Assembly: GCA_963820825.1 (NCBI GenBank)
Contig: CAWGBN010000007.1
Span: 1 to 64,000, forward strand
Origin: Vulcanimicrobiota bacterium
Lineage (GTDB): Bacteria; Vulcanimicrobiota; Vulcanimicrobiia; Vulcanimicrobiales; Vulcanimicrobiaceae
DNA: 64,000 nucleotides
Reading direction: 5' to 3'
The notes beneath the pieces are model-generated. The model was not told where the DNA came from. It was given only the letters and a program-made list of their open reading frames with translations, and ran no database searches. Position 1 is the first letter of the stretch, and every line of letters starts with the position of its first letter. The position numbers were made by a program, and so were the translations under genes. Of the stretch, positions 29,201 through 37,779 are shown in pieces.

Positions 29201-29595
29201 GACGAAATCGCCACCGAGGCTTTGGCGGTCACCTCGCCGATCACTTTGAGGCCGCCGTTTTCCATCGCCAATGAGAAACTCACCGTAACCACGCGCCCGT
29301 CGAGCACTTCGAACGATGCCGAGGTGAGGCTCGTGTAGCCGCGCTTGACGATGCGCGCCCGGTAGATTCCGTCGGGAACGTCGGTGAAGGTGACCTTGCC
29401 GTTCTTTCCGGTCAGTTCCGAGGTAATGACCGGTCCGTCGAGCAGCACGCGTGATAGCTCGAGCGGCTGCTTGGTGGTCGCGTCGGCCACGACGATGTCG
29501 ATCTCACCGGAATCGGTCTGGGCCGGTGCGGCCGGCGTGAGTACGGCGAATAGCAACAGCAAAGAGAGCAATGCTGCAGCGGCACGTCGCACCAT
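26233..29595 (-). CDS. TonB-dependent receptor with N-terminal carboxypeptidase-regulatory-like domain and long C-terminal extension
   Basis: Signal peptide; F.DVPDG.Y...KRGY; plug ISLEG...T.LTLDGIP, GGAVNF; barrel-end NLPAYTTFD..NITN..PRTY...YSARF. Confidence 0.85.
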   Translation of the reverse strand: MVRRAAAALLSLLLLFAVLTPAAPAQTDSGEIDIVVADATTKQPLELSRVLLDGPVITSELTGKNGKVTFTDVPDGIYRARIVKRGYTSLTSASFEVLDGRVVTVSFSLAMENGGLKVIGEVTAKASVAISSTSIDQNSPQRRLSTDLADAMSKLSGVTVSTSSDDSDATQTISLEGHDPSQTQLTLDGIPLNAPGSTGNLGAFATDLFQGASVHTGPSLGGLGGAVNFSTLQPTLSWITQMQLSTGSNGRYNYSVAETGSSGKLGLAVQTVSRLYPSLVDGEVYLDASGLDYNHDGDSWVSGNILSARYDFGESNSLTGMFMNSTRNTNIVCLRYNGDPATTLPCGYGPNNSDATNVQLYSLSDTALIGATQVQASVFSLDSSGLLNQLALYVNGAPSPSGFSNDTRSTGYAVNATLPAQQRHTISIQAYGTSSQFTTTPLVPQVAQFYSGSETTQYNVLQATDTIHSSDKLMLFGSAGLSTATGNTGLSELASVGGTWRPTTRDAYSASFALGGAAATQGRLEILSDPTMLRFDCNGKVAYGNAPGQQPSNSSSNSVRVSYTHQLHGGNVSLTLYRQVQNGVLLPVYVNGSIINQLGELPADYLSQVAAIYNSPAGCNAPPGTPFLPQQLYFTTPVSGVQRLYQGAELTGYATFGSLVVQAFYNLTGAQANSSTYIFDNPFSITIPGEQLPNVPLQRAGITLDYKAPGSILEWLADAQHVSSNNPNNLPAYTTFDAGVTAQLQRGTLTFAASNITNTYGAVFASPANAVAFTTAGGYVIPNIARPLMPRTYSVTYSARFGQGVSSQTASTFQPRGGGRNFGGGPAGAGAPGGPGGPGGGPGGGRGFQSLFSPLPQTPPADPFVVGANQVACSSENAPKAHQLSTELKAYVAQIEAARTAAGYPATMLAPALTDATVTYHGMGTTYSISVTPKGTGVLRALAGCLTIHIARSDDVTQRKLYASTTPLFFVPQLNFMPVVGLYFVARQAPAGQEMFRVYKLPATPPPTPFEVRVSASCTGQVRNLATQALTELKNHFATGAATPSWTVTEHQARGGLWYELDPGDATVVPALLVCGRMAATTTQELSQRGFDGKTVPELNYAPGLGLYLIRPAPRSTPMP

Positions 29596-29629
29596 GAGCA
29601 CGATTATAGGCAAAGCGCGCGCGCGTGAC

Positions 29630-29646
29630 CTGAAGCTGGTCTGGGA
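29630..29646 (-). promoter_or_regulatory. OmpR/MprA-like direct-repeat box upstream of the TonB receptor
   Basis: TCCCAG-accag-CTTCAG, 21 nt upstream of a perfect -10 TATAAT (29603-29608); ATG 7 nt after the -10. Confidence 0.6.
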
Positions 29647-29651
29647 AAGCG

Positions 29652-31097
29652 CTAGATCGTGATCGTGACGGCGGTGCCTTGGCCGGGCGCGCTATCGATC
29701 GCGATCTCGCCGCCCGCGCGCTCGACCGCGCGCTTTGCGATGGCTAAGCCGAGTCCTGTGCCGGCGATCTCGCCGCGCTGGTCGCCCCGGTAGAAGCGTT
29801 CGAAAGCATGGAGGCGCTCGGACTCCGACATCCCCGGTCCCTCGTCGCGCACGGTGATCACCGCATGGCCGTTGGTGCGCGATGCGCGCAGATGGATCGG
29901 TGCTTCGGGCGCATACTTCAGCGCGTTTTCGATCACGTTCCAGACGGCTTCGCCCAGCTCGCCGCGGTCGGCCGCAATCGTCTTGACGCCGTCGACGCTG
30001 TAATCGATCGTGCGGCGGTCGTCCAATCGCCGTGCCGCCTCGACCTGACTGCGGAAGAGATCGGCCACGTCGATCTGCTCGACTTGCGGCGCGGCCTCCG
30101 AATCGAGCCGCGCGAGCCGCATCAAGCGGTCGATCAAGCCGCGCATGTGCTCTTTCTCGATCGACATCGTCGCGAGAATCTGCCGCGCGATCCGCGGCTC
30201 CTCGATCGCACCGCGGCGCAGCACGTCGATATAGCCGGCAATGACGGTCAGCGGCGTGCGCAGCTCGTGCGAGGCCTCGGCTGCGAACTGCCGCATGCGC
30301 TCCTCGGCGTGACGGCGATGATCGATCGCCGTTGCGACGCTCTCCACCGCATCGTTAAAGGCCGCGGTCAGCGAGGCGATCTCGTCGCCGCCGGCCATTA
30401 CGAAGCGCCGCTGCGTGTAGTCGCCGTCGGCAAGCGCGCGCAGCGAGCTGCTCACTTCGTTGATCGGCCGCAGTGACTGCTGCGCGAAGAGCCGACCGAC
30501 GAACCACGAGACTATGATCGCCGCCAGCGCGATGGTGAGCACGATGCGCCAGTACGGAACCAGCGAGACGAGCAAGAGCGGGAACGACGGTGCGAAGCCG
30601 ACGTATCCGCCTTCAACGTAGGTTAACGAGAGCGGCTCGAGCCGGGTCGGATCGGGTGGAACCGGCGGAAACGTGCCGCGATAGGTATAGACGTGCGTCG
30701 TGCCGTGTGGCGAGTGAATCGTAGTCACTTGCGGACCGCGCAGCGAGGGTGGAATGAAGTGTTGCATGCCGCCGGCGGCGAGCACGCCCGCGAGCGGTTT
30801 CGGGCGCAGCGTCTTGTCGCCGGCTAGATAGTGGCCTTTGAGATCGTAGACGGTAACGCGCAAGCCGATGCCGCCGAGTGAGTTCACGATCTCGGGCGCG
30901 GCCTGCTTGAGCGTCATTCCCTCGCGCCGATACTGATCGACGAGAATGCGCGCTTCTTCGTGTTTGGCGACCATCACGTCGCCGGAGAACTGCCAGAGCT
31001 CGAAGACCAAGGCGATCGACGAGGCCAAAATGACGATCAGCACCGTGACGCCGAGCAGCACCGCGTACAGAGCGGAGAGTCGCGCTGCCAGTTTCAC
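29652..31097 (-). CDS. HAMP-domain sensor histidine kinase
   Basis: Two TM segments, HAMP, ASHELRTPL H-box, NALKY, DEGPG, FERFYR, GTGLGL. Confidence 0.95.
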   Translation of the reverse strand: MKLAARLSALYAVLLGVTVLIVILASSIALVFELWQFSGDVMVAKHEEARILVDQYRREGMTLKQAAPEIVNSLGGIGLRVTVYDLKGHYLAGDKTLRPKPLAGVLAAGGMQHFIPPSLRGPQVTTIHSPHGTTHVYTYRGTFPPVPPDPTRLEPLSLTYVEGGYVGFAPSFPLLLVSLVPYWRIVLTIALAAIIVSWFVGRLFAQQSLRPINEVSSSLRALADGDYTQRRFVMAGGDEIASLTAAFNDAVESVATAIDHRRHAEERMRQFAAEASHELRTPLTVIAGYIDVLRRGAIEEPRIARQILATMSIEKEHMRGLIDRLMRLARLDSEAAPQVEQIDVADLFRSQVEAARRLDDRRTIDYSVDGVKTIAADRGELGEAVWNVIENALKYAPEAPIHLRASRTNGHAVITVRDEGPGMSESERLHAFERFYRGDQRGEIAGTGLGLAIAKRAVERAGGEIAIDSAPGQGTAVTITI

Positions 31098-31118
31098 GTT
31101 AGTGCTCCACCGCTACCG

Positions 31119-31817
31119 TTACTGGGAGAGGCCGTATCCTACCCCGCGCACCGTTCGAATGAACGAGCCCGGCTCGCCGGGGCGGTCGACCTTCGCTCGC
31201 AGGTAGGAGATGTAGGTCTCGACGATATTCGGCCCGCCTTCGAAGTCGTGCCCCCACACGATCTCAAGCAGATGATCTTTACTGAAGACGCGGCGCGGCT
31301 CGCGCATGAAGACTTCCAGCAAATCGAACTCACGCTGGGTAAACTCCAGCGGCTCTTTTCCCCGCCAGGCTTCGCGCGTCGCGGGATTGATCGAGATGTC
31401 GCGCCAGCGCAGCACGTTCTCTTCGATGAGTTGCGGGCGGCGCAGCTTTGCCTGAAGACGCGCGATGAGCTCTTCGAAGACGAAAGGCTTGACGAGATAA
31501 TCGTCGGCGCCTGAGCTCAGCGAGCGCACCTTGTCTTCGGTGCCGCCCTTGGCCGTGAGCATGACAATCGGCGCCTGGGTGATCTCGCGCAGCCGGGGCA
31601 GCAGCGTGACGCCGTCGATCTTCGGCATCATGATGTCGAGGACGATCAGTTCGGGGTCGAAGACCTTAACGAGCTCGAGGGCGGCGAGGCCGTCGGTGGC
31701 CGTCCGAACCTCGTAGCCCTCGCGGGAGAGTCCAAGTTCCAACATCTCCCGGACCATGCGATCGTCGTCGATGACCGCAACGCGGGCATTGGGCATAAGC
31801 AGCATTTCTAGCTGCAT
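31119..31817 (-). CDS. OmpR-family response regulator (MprA-like)
   Basis: IDDD, LDIMMP, LTA, GADDYLVKPF; wHTH VETYISYLRAK..IRTVRGVGY; true start may be 31796. Confidence 0.95.
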   Translation of the reverse strand: MQLEMLLMPNARVAVIDDDRMVREMLELGLSREGYEVRTATDGLAALELVKVFDPELIVLDIMMPKIDGVTLLPRLREITQAPIVMLTAKGGTEDKVRSLSSGADDYLVKPFVFEELIARLQAKLRRPQLIEENVLRWRDISINPATREAWRGKEPLEFTQREFDLLEVFMREPRRVFSKDHLLEIVWGHDFEGGPNIVETYISYLRAKVDRPGEPGSFIRTVRGVGYGLSQ

Positions 31818-31831
31818 CGTGCGTTCTCACC

Positions 31832-31848
31832 CTTGGAGCCGCCTGAAC
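31832..31848 (-). promoter_or_regulatory. OmpR/MprA-like direct-repeat box upstream of the response regulator
   Basis: GTTCAG-gcggc-TCCAAG, 21 nt upstream of TAGAAA (31805-31810). Confidence 0.55.
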
Positions 31849-31858
31849 GAAGCGCTTC

Positions 31859-32314
31859 CTAGGCGGCGCGGCCCGGCAGCGGCCAGCGCTCCAATCGTTG
31901 CCCCGAGACCAGCGCCGCGGGTCCGATTGCGGCTAGCGGGTGACTCACGAGCCGGACGCCTCGCTCGGCCAGACCGGTGACGGTGGCTTCGTCGGGATCC
32001 CAATGCGCGAACAAGTGGATCACGTTGGCGCCCGTTGCCTCGGCGAGGGTGGCGATGACATCCGGCAGCGCGCATTCGCCCTGCACGATGAGCCGGCGGA
32101 CGACCTCGGCATGGAATCGAGACCCGCTCCAGCCGGCGGCTACGATGAGGACGCGCGAGACCTCGCTGAGCTGGACCGCCTCGAAATCGACCAGCGCCGC
32201 TTCGACCTGGCCAGCGAGCTCGGGCGCCGGTTGGGCGTGGAGCGTGGCCCGGGCGATCGTCGCCTCAGGCCCAGCCGTCAGGAGCGCCCCCGCCCCGATA
32301 AAATACTCGTCCAT
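31859..32314 (-). CDS. Hypothetical protein
   Basis: ATG-started 151-aa ORF with typical high-GC codon usage. Confidence 0.65.
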   Translation of the reverse strand: MDEYFIGAGALLTAGPEATIARATLHAQPAPELAGQVEAALVDFEAVQLSEVSRVLIVAAGWSGSRFHAEVVRRLIVQGECALPDVIATLAEATGANVIHLFAHWDPDEATVTGLAERGVRLVSHPLAAIGPAALVSGQRLERWPLPGRAA

Positions 32315-32404
32315 GCCGTGATTCTGGCATGGACGAGTGCCAACTGGGTGGCGCACAAGACGCCACCACGGGGATTTGCGAGCCTAAGCTTCAGCTAGAG
32401 GCCG

Positions 32405-32467
32405 CTAGAACGGGTCCGGCGGCGTTACGTGTAACGCGATGAGAAGCATGATGAGCAAGCTAAGCAT
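32405..32467 (-). CDS. Small hydrophobic peptide MLSLLIMLLIALHVTPPDPF (20 aa), candidate signalling peptide
   Basis: Strong RBS GAGGAGGT (32471-32478) just before ATG; TAG stop; directly downstream of the LuxR-type regulator. Confidence 0.75.
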   Translation of the reverse strand: MLSLLIMLLIALHVTPPDPF

Positions 32468-32556
32468 CGTACCTCCTCACGGGGAAAAGAGAGTACGGGG
32501 ATTACGGACGTATTGAGTGCTCTTCCTGTAATGGCCAGCGGGGAGCGCAGCCGCCC

Positions 32557-35178
32557 TCAGATGAGGCCGCGTCGCTTAGCGGCGCGTATTGCCTCCGAAT
32601 GACCGTGGCAATCCAACTTGGCGATTGCATTTGCGATATGAACGCGCACTGTGTGAATGCTTCGACCGGTTTCCGCAGCAATGTCCTTGGGGATGAGGCC
32701 CTCGGCTAGCCGTCGCAGCACATCTCGTTCCGACGCCGTCAGGCATGCCGGGGCCGTCCGCGTGGCGCTCGCTAGCGTCCGATCGACGGCGGCCATAACC
32801 CTCGCGACATCCCCGTATCCCAAGGTCACCAGCCGTCCGATCTGGTCGGATATTCTCGACGATTCGTCGGCGGCGCCTGTGCCGTAAAGCCTCGTTATGA
32901 GCGTCGCCGCCTTCGTTACCAGCTGCTCGATCGCATCGTCGTTTCTCTGGCCGCGCAGAAGGCGCTGAGCGTTCGCAAACCGTCCGTTGGCGAACTCCGA
33001 AAGCGCACAAAAGGCACGACACACGGCTAATGCACGACTCCCAAAGAGCCCTCGAGGCTGTATAGTCCGCAAGATCGCCATAACATCGCGCGTTTGCGCC
33101 AATGAAGCCTCCCGCGAACCATCAAGCGACAAGAATAGAGCATATTCCGCGCCAGCCACCGCCCTGTCAACTGGATTAGGCATCTCTCGCCAGCATGCCG
33201 CAAGTAGACCGTGAGCTTCCGCAAAACATCCTTCCCACGCCGTTCTCACGCCTCGAAAAAGCGTGACGTAATGCTCGGCCCGGGCGTCCATCCCTACCAC
33301 CGTTAGCTGTCTTTCAATCTCGGCCGCTTTGCAGATGTCCCCTTTGCGCGTCGCAGCGCTTAACATTTGCAACAGTGCCGTCCGCACCGCGAACACGTCG
33401 CCCGCTTTCGCCCCCGCATTGGCGGCTATCTCTGCATATCGGAGCTGCTCCTCTACGTCGTCACGCTCCTGGAGCGACAAATTCGAGAGCACCGCAAGCG
33501 TGCGAGCCGCAATAGCATAGAAGTGAAGCTCGAGTGCCAGGTTCTTCGCTTGCACGAGTCTTTCAAACGCCTGGTCAATCTTGCCAGTGTGCCTATTTAT
33601 TATTCCGAGGTGGTGCAAGACGCGCGCGCGTGTTGCTTCCATCTCAACGAATGGCATTAGCGATTCGATCTTTTCTACGGCCTCGCCAATGTGTGACTTG
33701 TTATCGGCTATCAATTTTTGCGCAATGGCTAACGACAAGGCCTCGGCCCTATGTGCTGCAGACTGTCTGACGTCGTCCGATATAGGGTCAAGCACAGCCG
33801 TCACCTCGCGGCCCTGATTACCAATCAACGACGCTAGACGCAGGCTTGTCCGAGCCAAAAGGTCGCGGTCGTTACCCGAACGGGCCAACGCACGACGGAA
33901 GAACGATTCGGCTCGCGCGAACTTGCCGGCGCTTGCGAACAGTGCACCTTGCAACGCGAGCACGGCTGCATTTTCCCTGCGCGTCCGATCGTCGAGCGAT
34001 TCGACTGCGCGCGCGACGATATCGCTTCGGGCGCGCTCAAGCAGATCGAAGCCGTGCTTTTCCAGCAGTCGGAGAATATCGGCCGTTGACTCCGCTGCTG
34101 CGTACGATGCCAGGGCGTGTTCGACGTCGCCGTCGGCTTCGAGCGCGGCCGCCGCCCGTGCATGAACGAGCTGCTGCGAGCGTTTCCCGGCGAGCGCGCT
34201 CTGATAGCGCAAGAAGTCCCGGAACAGATCGTGACATTGATAGATGTGTGGCGACTCCTCGTAGATGAACGCCGTGCGTTCTCGTAGTCGCTCGATGATC
34301 GTGAGTGCGCGATCGAAGCCGGCGCGTTCGAGCACGCGGAGGTCGATTGCTGGAAGCGCGATGGCAACGTCCAGCAGCGATCGCTCATCGTCGTCGAGCG
34401 TTGCGTAAACCTGCTCGGCTAGAAGCCGGTAGATCATCTCACGTGTGAGGGCCGAGATATTGCCTAAATCGTTCGATCGCACCGACGAGCGCAGCGCGAA
34501 GCTCATGGCCGCCGGCCAGCCTTCCGTCAGCCGCAGGATATCGGCGAGCTCGTCGTCACTAATGCCAAGTCCGAGGCGGTCGGCCGCCTCGCGCGCCTCG
34601 TCCAGAGTAAATGCCAGCTCGCCTTCCGCGATCGCCAGATCGGCGTCTCGATAGGCGAGCCACGTTCCGATCGGAAGGCCCGTAGTCGCGCGCGATGCCA
34701 AAATCCAGCGAATCTTTCCCTTCGTCCGCTCGATCAGCGATGTCAGAAATCGCCCGACCTCCGGATCTCCCCCGGCGACGTGAACGTCATCGATGGCGAT
34801 GACGCCTGAAACGTTCTCCAAATGTGCGTGCATCCAACGCGCCAAATCGGCGCCGCGCCGAGGTGAATCCGTACTGCGTTCGTACGCGCCGGCCAGCGCG
34901 ATCATCGCGTGCGGCGCCTCCTCCCGCAATGCCTCGGCGAAGCCGCGCAGGAACCCAAGCAGCGTCGAGTGTTCGGAGCGCAATGCAAAGCATACGTTTG
35001 GCTCACTCAGGCTGCGAAGGTGCTGACGAAGCGCGACCGATTTCCCATACCCGGCAGGAGCGATGAGCAACGCGATTTGATAACCGCCTGCGACCGCAAG
35101 GCGCTCCGCGACGCGCGGACGCGCGATCGGCGCAGATGCGTCGATGCTGCTATCGGTCGGGGCTAGGCTTCGGGACAT
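32557..35178 (-). CDS. MalT-like STAND/AAA ATPase, helical-repeat and LuxR-HTH transcriptional regulator
   Basis: APAGYGKS Walker A, IDDVH Walker B, TEGWP, HDLFRDFL, C-terminal LT.SE..VL..LAEG...K.IA...S..TV..H. Confidence 0.92.
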   Translation of the reverse strand: MSRSLAPTDSSIDASAPIARPRVAERLAVAGGYQIALLIAPAGYGKSVALRQHLRSLSEPNVCFALRSEHSTLLGFLRGFAEALREEAPHAMIALAGAYERSTDSPRRGADLARWMHAHLENVSGVIAIDDVHVAGGDPEVGRFLTSLIERTKGKIRWILASRATTGLPIGTWLAYRDADLAIAEGELAFTLDEAREAADRLGLGISDDELADILRLTEGWPAAMSFALRSSVRSNDLGNISALTREMIYRLLAEQVYATLDDDERSLLDVAIALPAIDLRVLERAGFDRALTIIERLRERTAFIYEESPHIYQCHDLFRDFLRYQSALAGKRSQQLVHARAAAALEADGDVEHALASYAAAESTADILRLLEKHGFDLLERARSDIVARAVESLDDRTRRENAAVLALQGALFASAGKFARAESFFRRALARSGNDRDLLARTSLRLASLIGNQGREVTAVLDPISDDVRQSAAHRAEALSLAIAQKLIADNKSHIGEAVEKIESLMPFVEMEATRARVLHHLGIINRHTGKIDQAFERLVQAKNLALELHFYAIAARTLAVLSNLSLQERDDVEEQLRYAEIAANAGAKAGDVFAVRTALLQMLSAATRKGDICKAAEIERQLTVVGMDARAEHYVTLFRGVRTAWEGCFAEAHGLLAACWREMPNPVDRAVAGAEYALFLSLDGSREASLAQTRDVMAILRTIQPRGLFGSRALAVCRAFCALSEFANGRFANAQRLLRGQRNDDAIEQLVTKAATLITRLYGTGAADESSRISDQIGRLVTLGYGDVARVMAAVDRTLASATRTAPACLTASERDVLRRLAEGLIPKDIAAETGRSIHTVRVHIANAIAKLDCHGHSEAIRAAKRRGLI

Positions 35179-35743
35179 CTCCCTTCCCAATTCGCTGGCT
35201 CAAAAAATATGCTAATAGCGCACCTTCCCAATGCAAGCGTGGCGCGAGCCATTGGTGCTGCGCGGGGCAGCTGATTTCGCCAAGCTCCAGCACCAAACTT
35301 CCATCTCGCGCGTCAACTTGCTTGAACGCATAGTAGCCGCGCAAACCCGCCGTAAAGTTATCCGGCTGGAATCCGAAGGGCCAATAGACTCCGTACAGGC
35401 TGCGCCATGCTGCGGCCGCGGGTGCGTCGCGCTTGTGTTGATAGCCGATGGAAGCGCTGCTCGCGCAGGGTGGATTCGAGCCGTCGAAATGGATGAAGAC
35501 CGTCGCGCCCACACGATAGTTTCCGGCGAAATCGGCGGGGAGCCGCGCAACGGTTATGCCGTGACTGCGTAAGATCGCCGTCGCCGCATCGGCAACGATC
35601 GGCGTCCAATCACGCTCTCCGGCGGCACCAAGGTTGCAATGGTGCTGCGGGAAATGCGCGCAGCTCGCGGGGCGGCCTTCGTGGCCGGCCGAGATCAGCA
35701 CGTCGTAGACGAGCAGAGAAGCTCCGAGGACCAGCGGCAGCAT
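35150..35743 (-). CDS. N-acetylmuramoyl-L-alanine amidase-like protein (Amidase_3 fold)
   Basis: ISAGH, GE, FIHFDG, LELG zinc-ligand pattern. Confidence 0.7.
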   Translation of the reverse strand: MLPLVLGASLLVYDVLISAGHEGRPASCAHFPQHHCNLGAAGERDWTPIVADAATAILRSHGITVARLPADFAGNYRVGATVFIHFDGSNPPCASSASIGYQHKRDAPAAAAWRSLYGVYWPFGFQPDNFTAGLRGYYAFKQVDARDGSLVLELGEISCPAQHQWLAPRLHWEGALLAYFLSQRIGKGDVPKPSPDR

Positions 35744-35755
35744 CAGCCGTTCGCT

Positions 35756-36553
35756 CTACCAGCCGCCTGAGGCCCCACCACCTCCAAAGCCGCCCCCGCC
35801 CGCCGAGAATCCGCCGCCTCCGCCAAAGTCGCCGCCGCCGCCTCCCGACGACCAACCGCCGATGAACGCGCCTCCGCCCCAGAGCGGCCAGCGCCGCATA
35901 TCGCGCTTCGCACCGACCGAACCCTCACGCAGTACGAGGTACCCGTATCGGATGCTGCCGATTACCTGCAACACGATCACGACGACGAGAAATCCAAAGC
36001 CGAGCACGATGATAACGACCATGAGGATTACCACCCCCGTGCTCATCGTCGAGGTCGTCGGAGCCGGCGGCGGCGTGACGCCGGTATAGGCGGGCGTAAT
36101 CGTCGTGAGCATCGCCGCGACCCCGCTCGAAACGGCACCATCAACGTCGTTCGCCTTCATTTTCGGCACGATGTCGTCGTCAATGATCCGACGCGAATCG
36201 GCGTCCGTCAGTTTGCTCTCCAGGCCGTATCCAACCTCGATGCGCACCTTATGGTCCTGCATGAAGAGAAAGAGAACCGCGCCGTCGTCCTTGCCCTTGT
36301 GCCCGATCTTCCACTGATCGGCGGTTTCGCCGGTGTAGGTTTCCAGCGGAACCTCGCCGGTGGTATTGGCGATCCAGACGATGATTTGATGGCCGGTCGA
36401 GTGCTCGTAGGCCTGGAGCTCGTTCTCCAACGACGTCCGTGCGCCGCCCGAGAGCGCGCCGGCGGTATCAGTCACGTAGTGGTTGGGCGTCGGCGGAACT
36501 TTGAACTCCGCCGCGGCCAGCAGATAGGTCAGCGCAAACGCGGCCGCGATCAC
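35756..36553 (-). CDS. TPM domain membrane protein (YgcG-like)
   Basis: YVTD.AG.L, WKIG.KGKDDG, RIEVGYGLE, GGGFGGGGASGGW tail. Confidence 0.92.
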   Translation of the reverse strand: MIAAAFALTYLLAAAEFKVPPTPNHYVTDTAGALSGGARTSLENELQAYEHSTGHQIIVWIANTTGEVPLETYTGETADQWKIGHKGKDDGAVLFLFMQDHKVRIEVGYGLESKLTDADSRRIIDDDIVPKMKANDVDGAVSSGVAAMLTTITPAYTGVTPPPAPTTSTMSTGVVILMVVIIVLGFGFLVVVIVLQVIGSIRYGYLVLREGSVGAKRDMRRWPLWGGGAFIGGWSSGGGGGDFGGGGGFSAGGGGFGGGGASGGW

Positions 36554-36933
36554 GCTGTCGATCCTTCCGTAAAATGCGCGTGCAGCGCCTCGCCGATTCG
36601 CCCGACCGCATAGAGAATGCCCGGCACCAGCTCGCCGCGCGCGAAGTACGGTTTGCTGCTCTCCACCACGTCGTCCCAGAACGCGTCGCCGACGCGCTGG
36701 TGCAGCGCCCAGTCGCCGATCACGGCAAACCGGCGCGCCTTCGGTGCGACCAGGATCAGCGCGGCGTTACGGTGCTCGTGGCGGTGCAGACCGGCATGCC
36801 CGAACTCGTGCTTCGCGCGTTCGAATGCGTCGGTCTCGGCATCGGGAATCATCCGAACCGCGATCCGCCCGGTCGTTCCGTCTTCGGCCTTGGCGATAGC
36901 GCGGGCGATCTCGTCGGTCTCGGAGCGGGTCAC
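36550..36933 (-). CDS. TPM domain protein
   Basis: AE..TTG.I.V, RNA.LI, FAVIGD..LH..VG..FW. Confidence 0.85.
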   Translation of the reverse strand: MTRSETDEIARAIAKAEDGTTGRIAVRMIPDAETDAFERAKHEFGHAGLHRHEHRNAALILVAPKARRFAVIGDWALHQRVGDAFWDDVVESSKPYFARGELVPGILYAVGRIGEALHAHFTEGSTA

Positions 36934-37547
36934 GGGCTAAAGTTGACCACCGGCGCCTTCTCCGCGCCGGGCTGCGACTGGAAGTACGGTTTCTCGTTGA
37001 AACGGCTGCCGAACATTCCGGCGATCATCACCGTCGGGAAGGTGTTGCGTTTGGTATTGAAGTCTCGAGCAACATCGTTATATTTCTTGCGCTCGAAGGC
37101 GATCCGGTTCTCGGCTCCTTCGAGCTGCGCCTGAAGCGTCTGAAAGTTCTCCGTCGCTTTGAGCTGCGGATAGTTCTCGACGACCGCCAGCAGCCGCGAG
37201 AGCGCGGAGCCGAGTTGATCTTGCGCCGCGGCATACTTGGCAAAGTCTTGCGGGTTGTTGATCGCGTTCTGCACGACCTCCGGCGAGATCTGACCGACGC
37301 TCGCGCGCGCCTTGGCCACCGATTCATAGGTGCTCGACTCGAAGTTCGCCGCGCCTTTGACGGTCGCGACCAGGTTCGGAATCAAATCGGCCCGCCGCTG
37401 GTAGACGTTCTGCACCTGCCCCCACTGCGCGTCGACCGCTTGGCCGAGCGTCACGAGCGAGTTGTAGGTGCCGGCGACCCAGAAGCCGATCACCACGACG
37501 ATTCCGATCACGACGATCGGCCCGATATACGAAGGACGTTGTTGCAT
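36930..37547 (-). CDS. lemA: LemA family protein
   Basis: YN, W.QV...YQRR.DLIPNLV.TVKG, VENYP.LKA..NF..LQ.QLEG.ENRI. Confidence 0.95.
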   Translation of the reverse strand: MQQRPSYIGPIVVIGIVVVIGFWVAGTYNSLVTLGQAVDAQWGQVQNVYQRRADLIPNLVATVKGAANFESSTYESVAKARASVGQISPEVVQNAINNPQDFAKYAAAQDQLGSALSRLLAVVENYPQLKATENFQTLQAQLEGAENRIAFERKKYNDVARDFNTKRNTFPTVMIAGMFGSRFNEKPYFQSQPGAEKAPVVNFSP

Positions 37548-37569
37548 AGCGTGGCGTAAATGCGCCGCT

Positions 37570-37779
37570 ATGCGGCCTGCCCCTTCCTCGGGCGCTCGAT
37601 TCCTGCGGGCGCTCCTCGCCGCAATCCCGCTTGCAGCGCTCACCGTCGCCATTCCGCTCGTCAATCGCGTCGAGCCGCGGATCCTCGGCGTGCCGTTTCT
37701 TCTGGCATGGATCGTGATCTGGGTTGTGCTCACGCCGGGCTTTCTCTGGAGCATCGGCCGCTCGGAGGGTCGCTGGTGA
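37570..37779 (+). CDS. DUF3311-type small membrane protein
   Basis: NRVEP.ILG.PFLLAW..W; stop overlaps the symporter start (GTGA). Confidence 0.85.
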   Translation: MRPAPSSGARFLRALLAAIPLAALTVAIPLVNRVEPRILGVPFLLAWIVIWVVLTPGFLWSIGRSEGRW

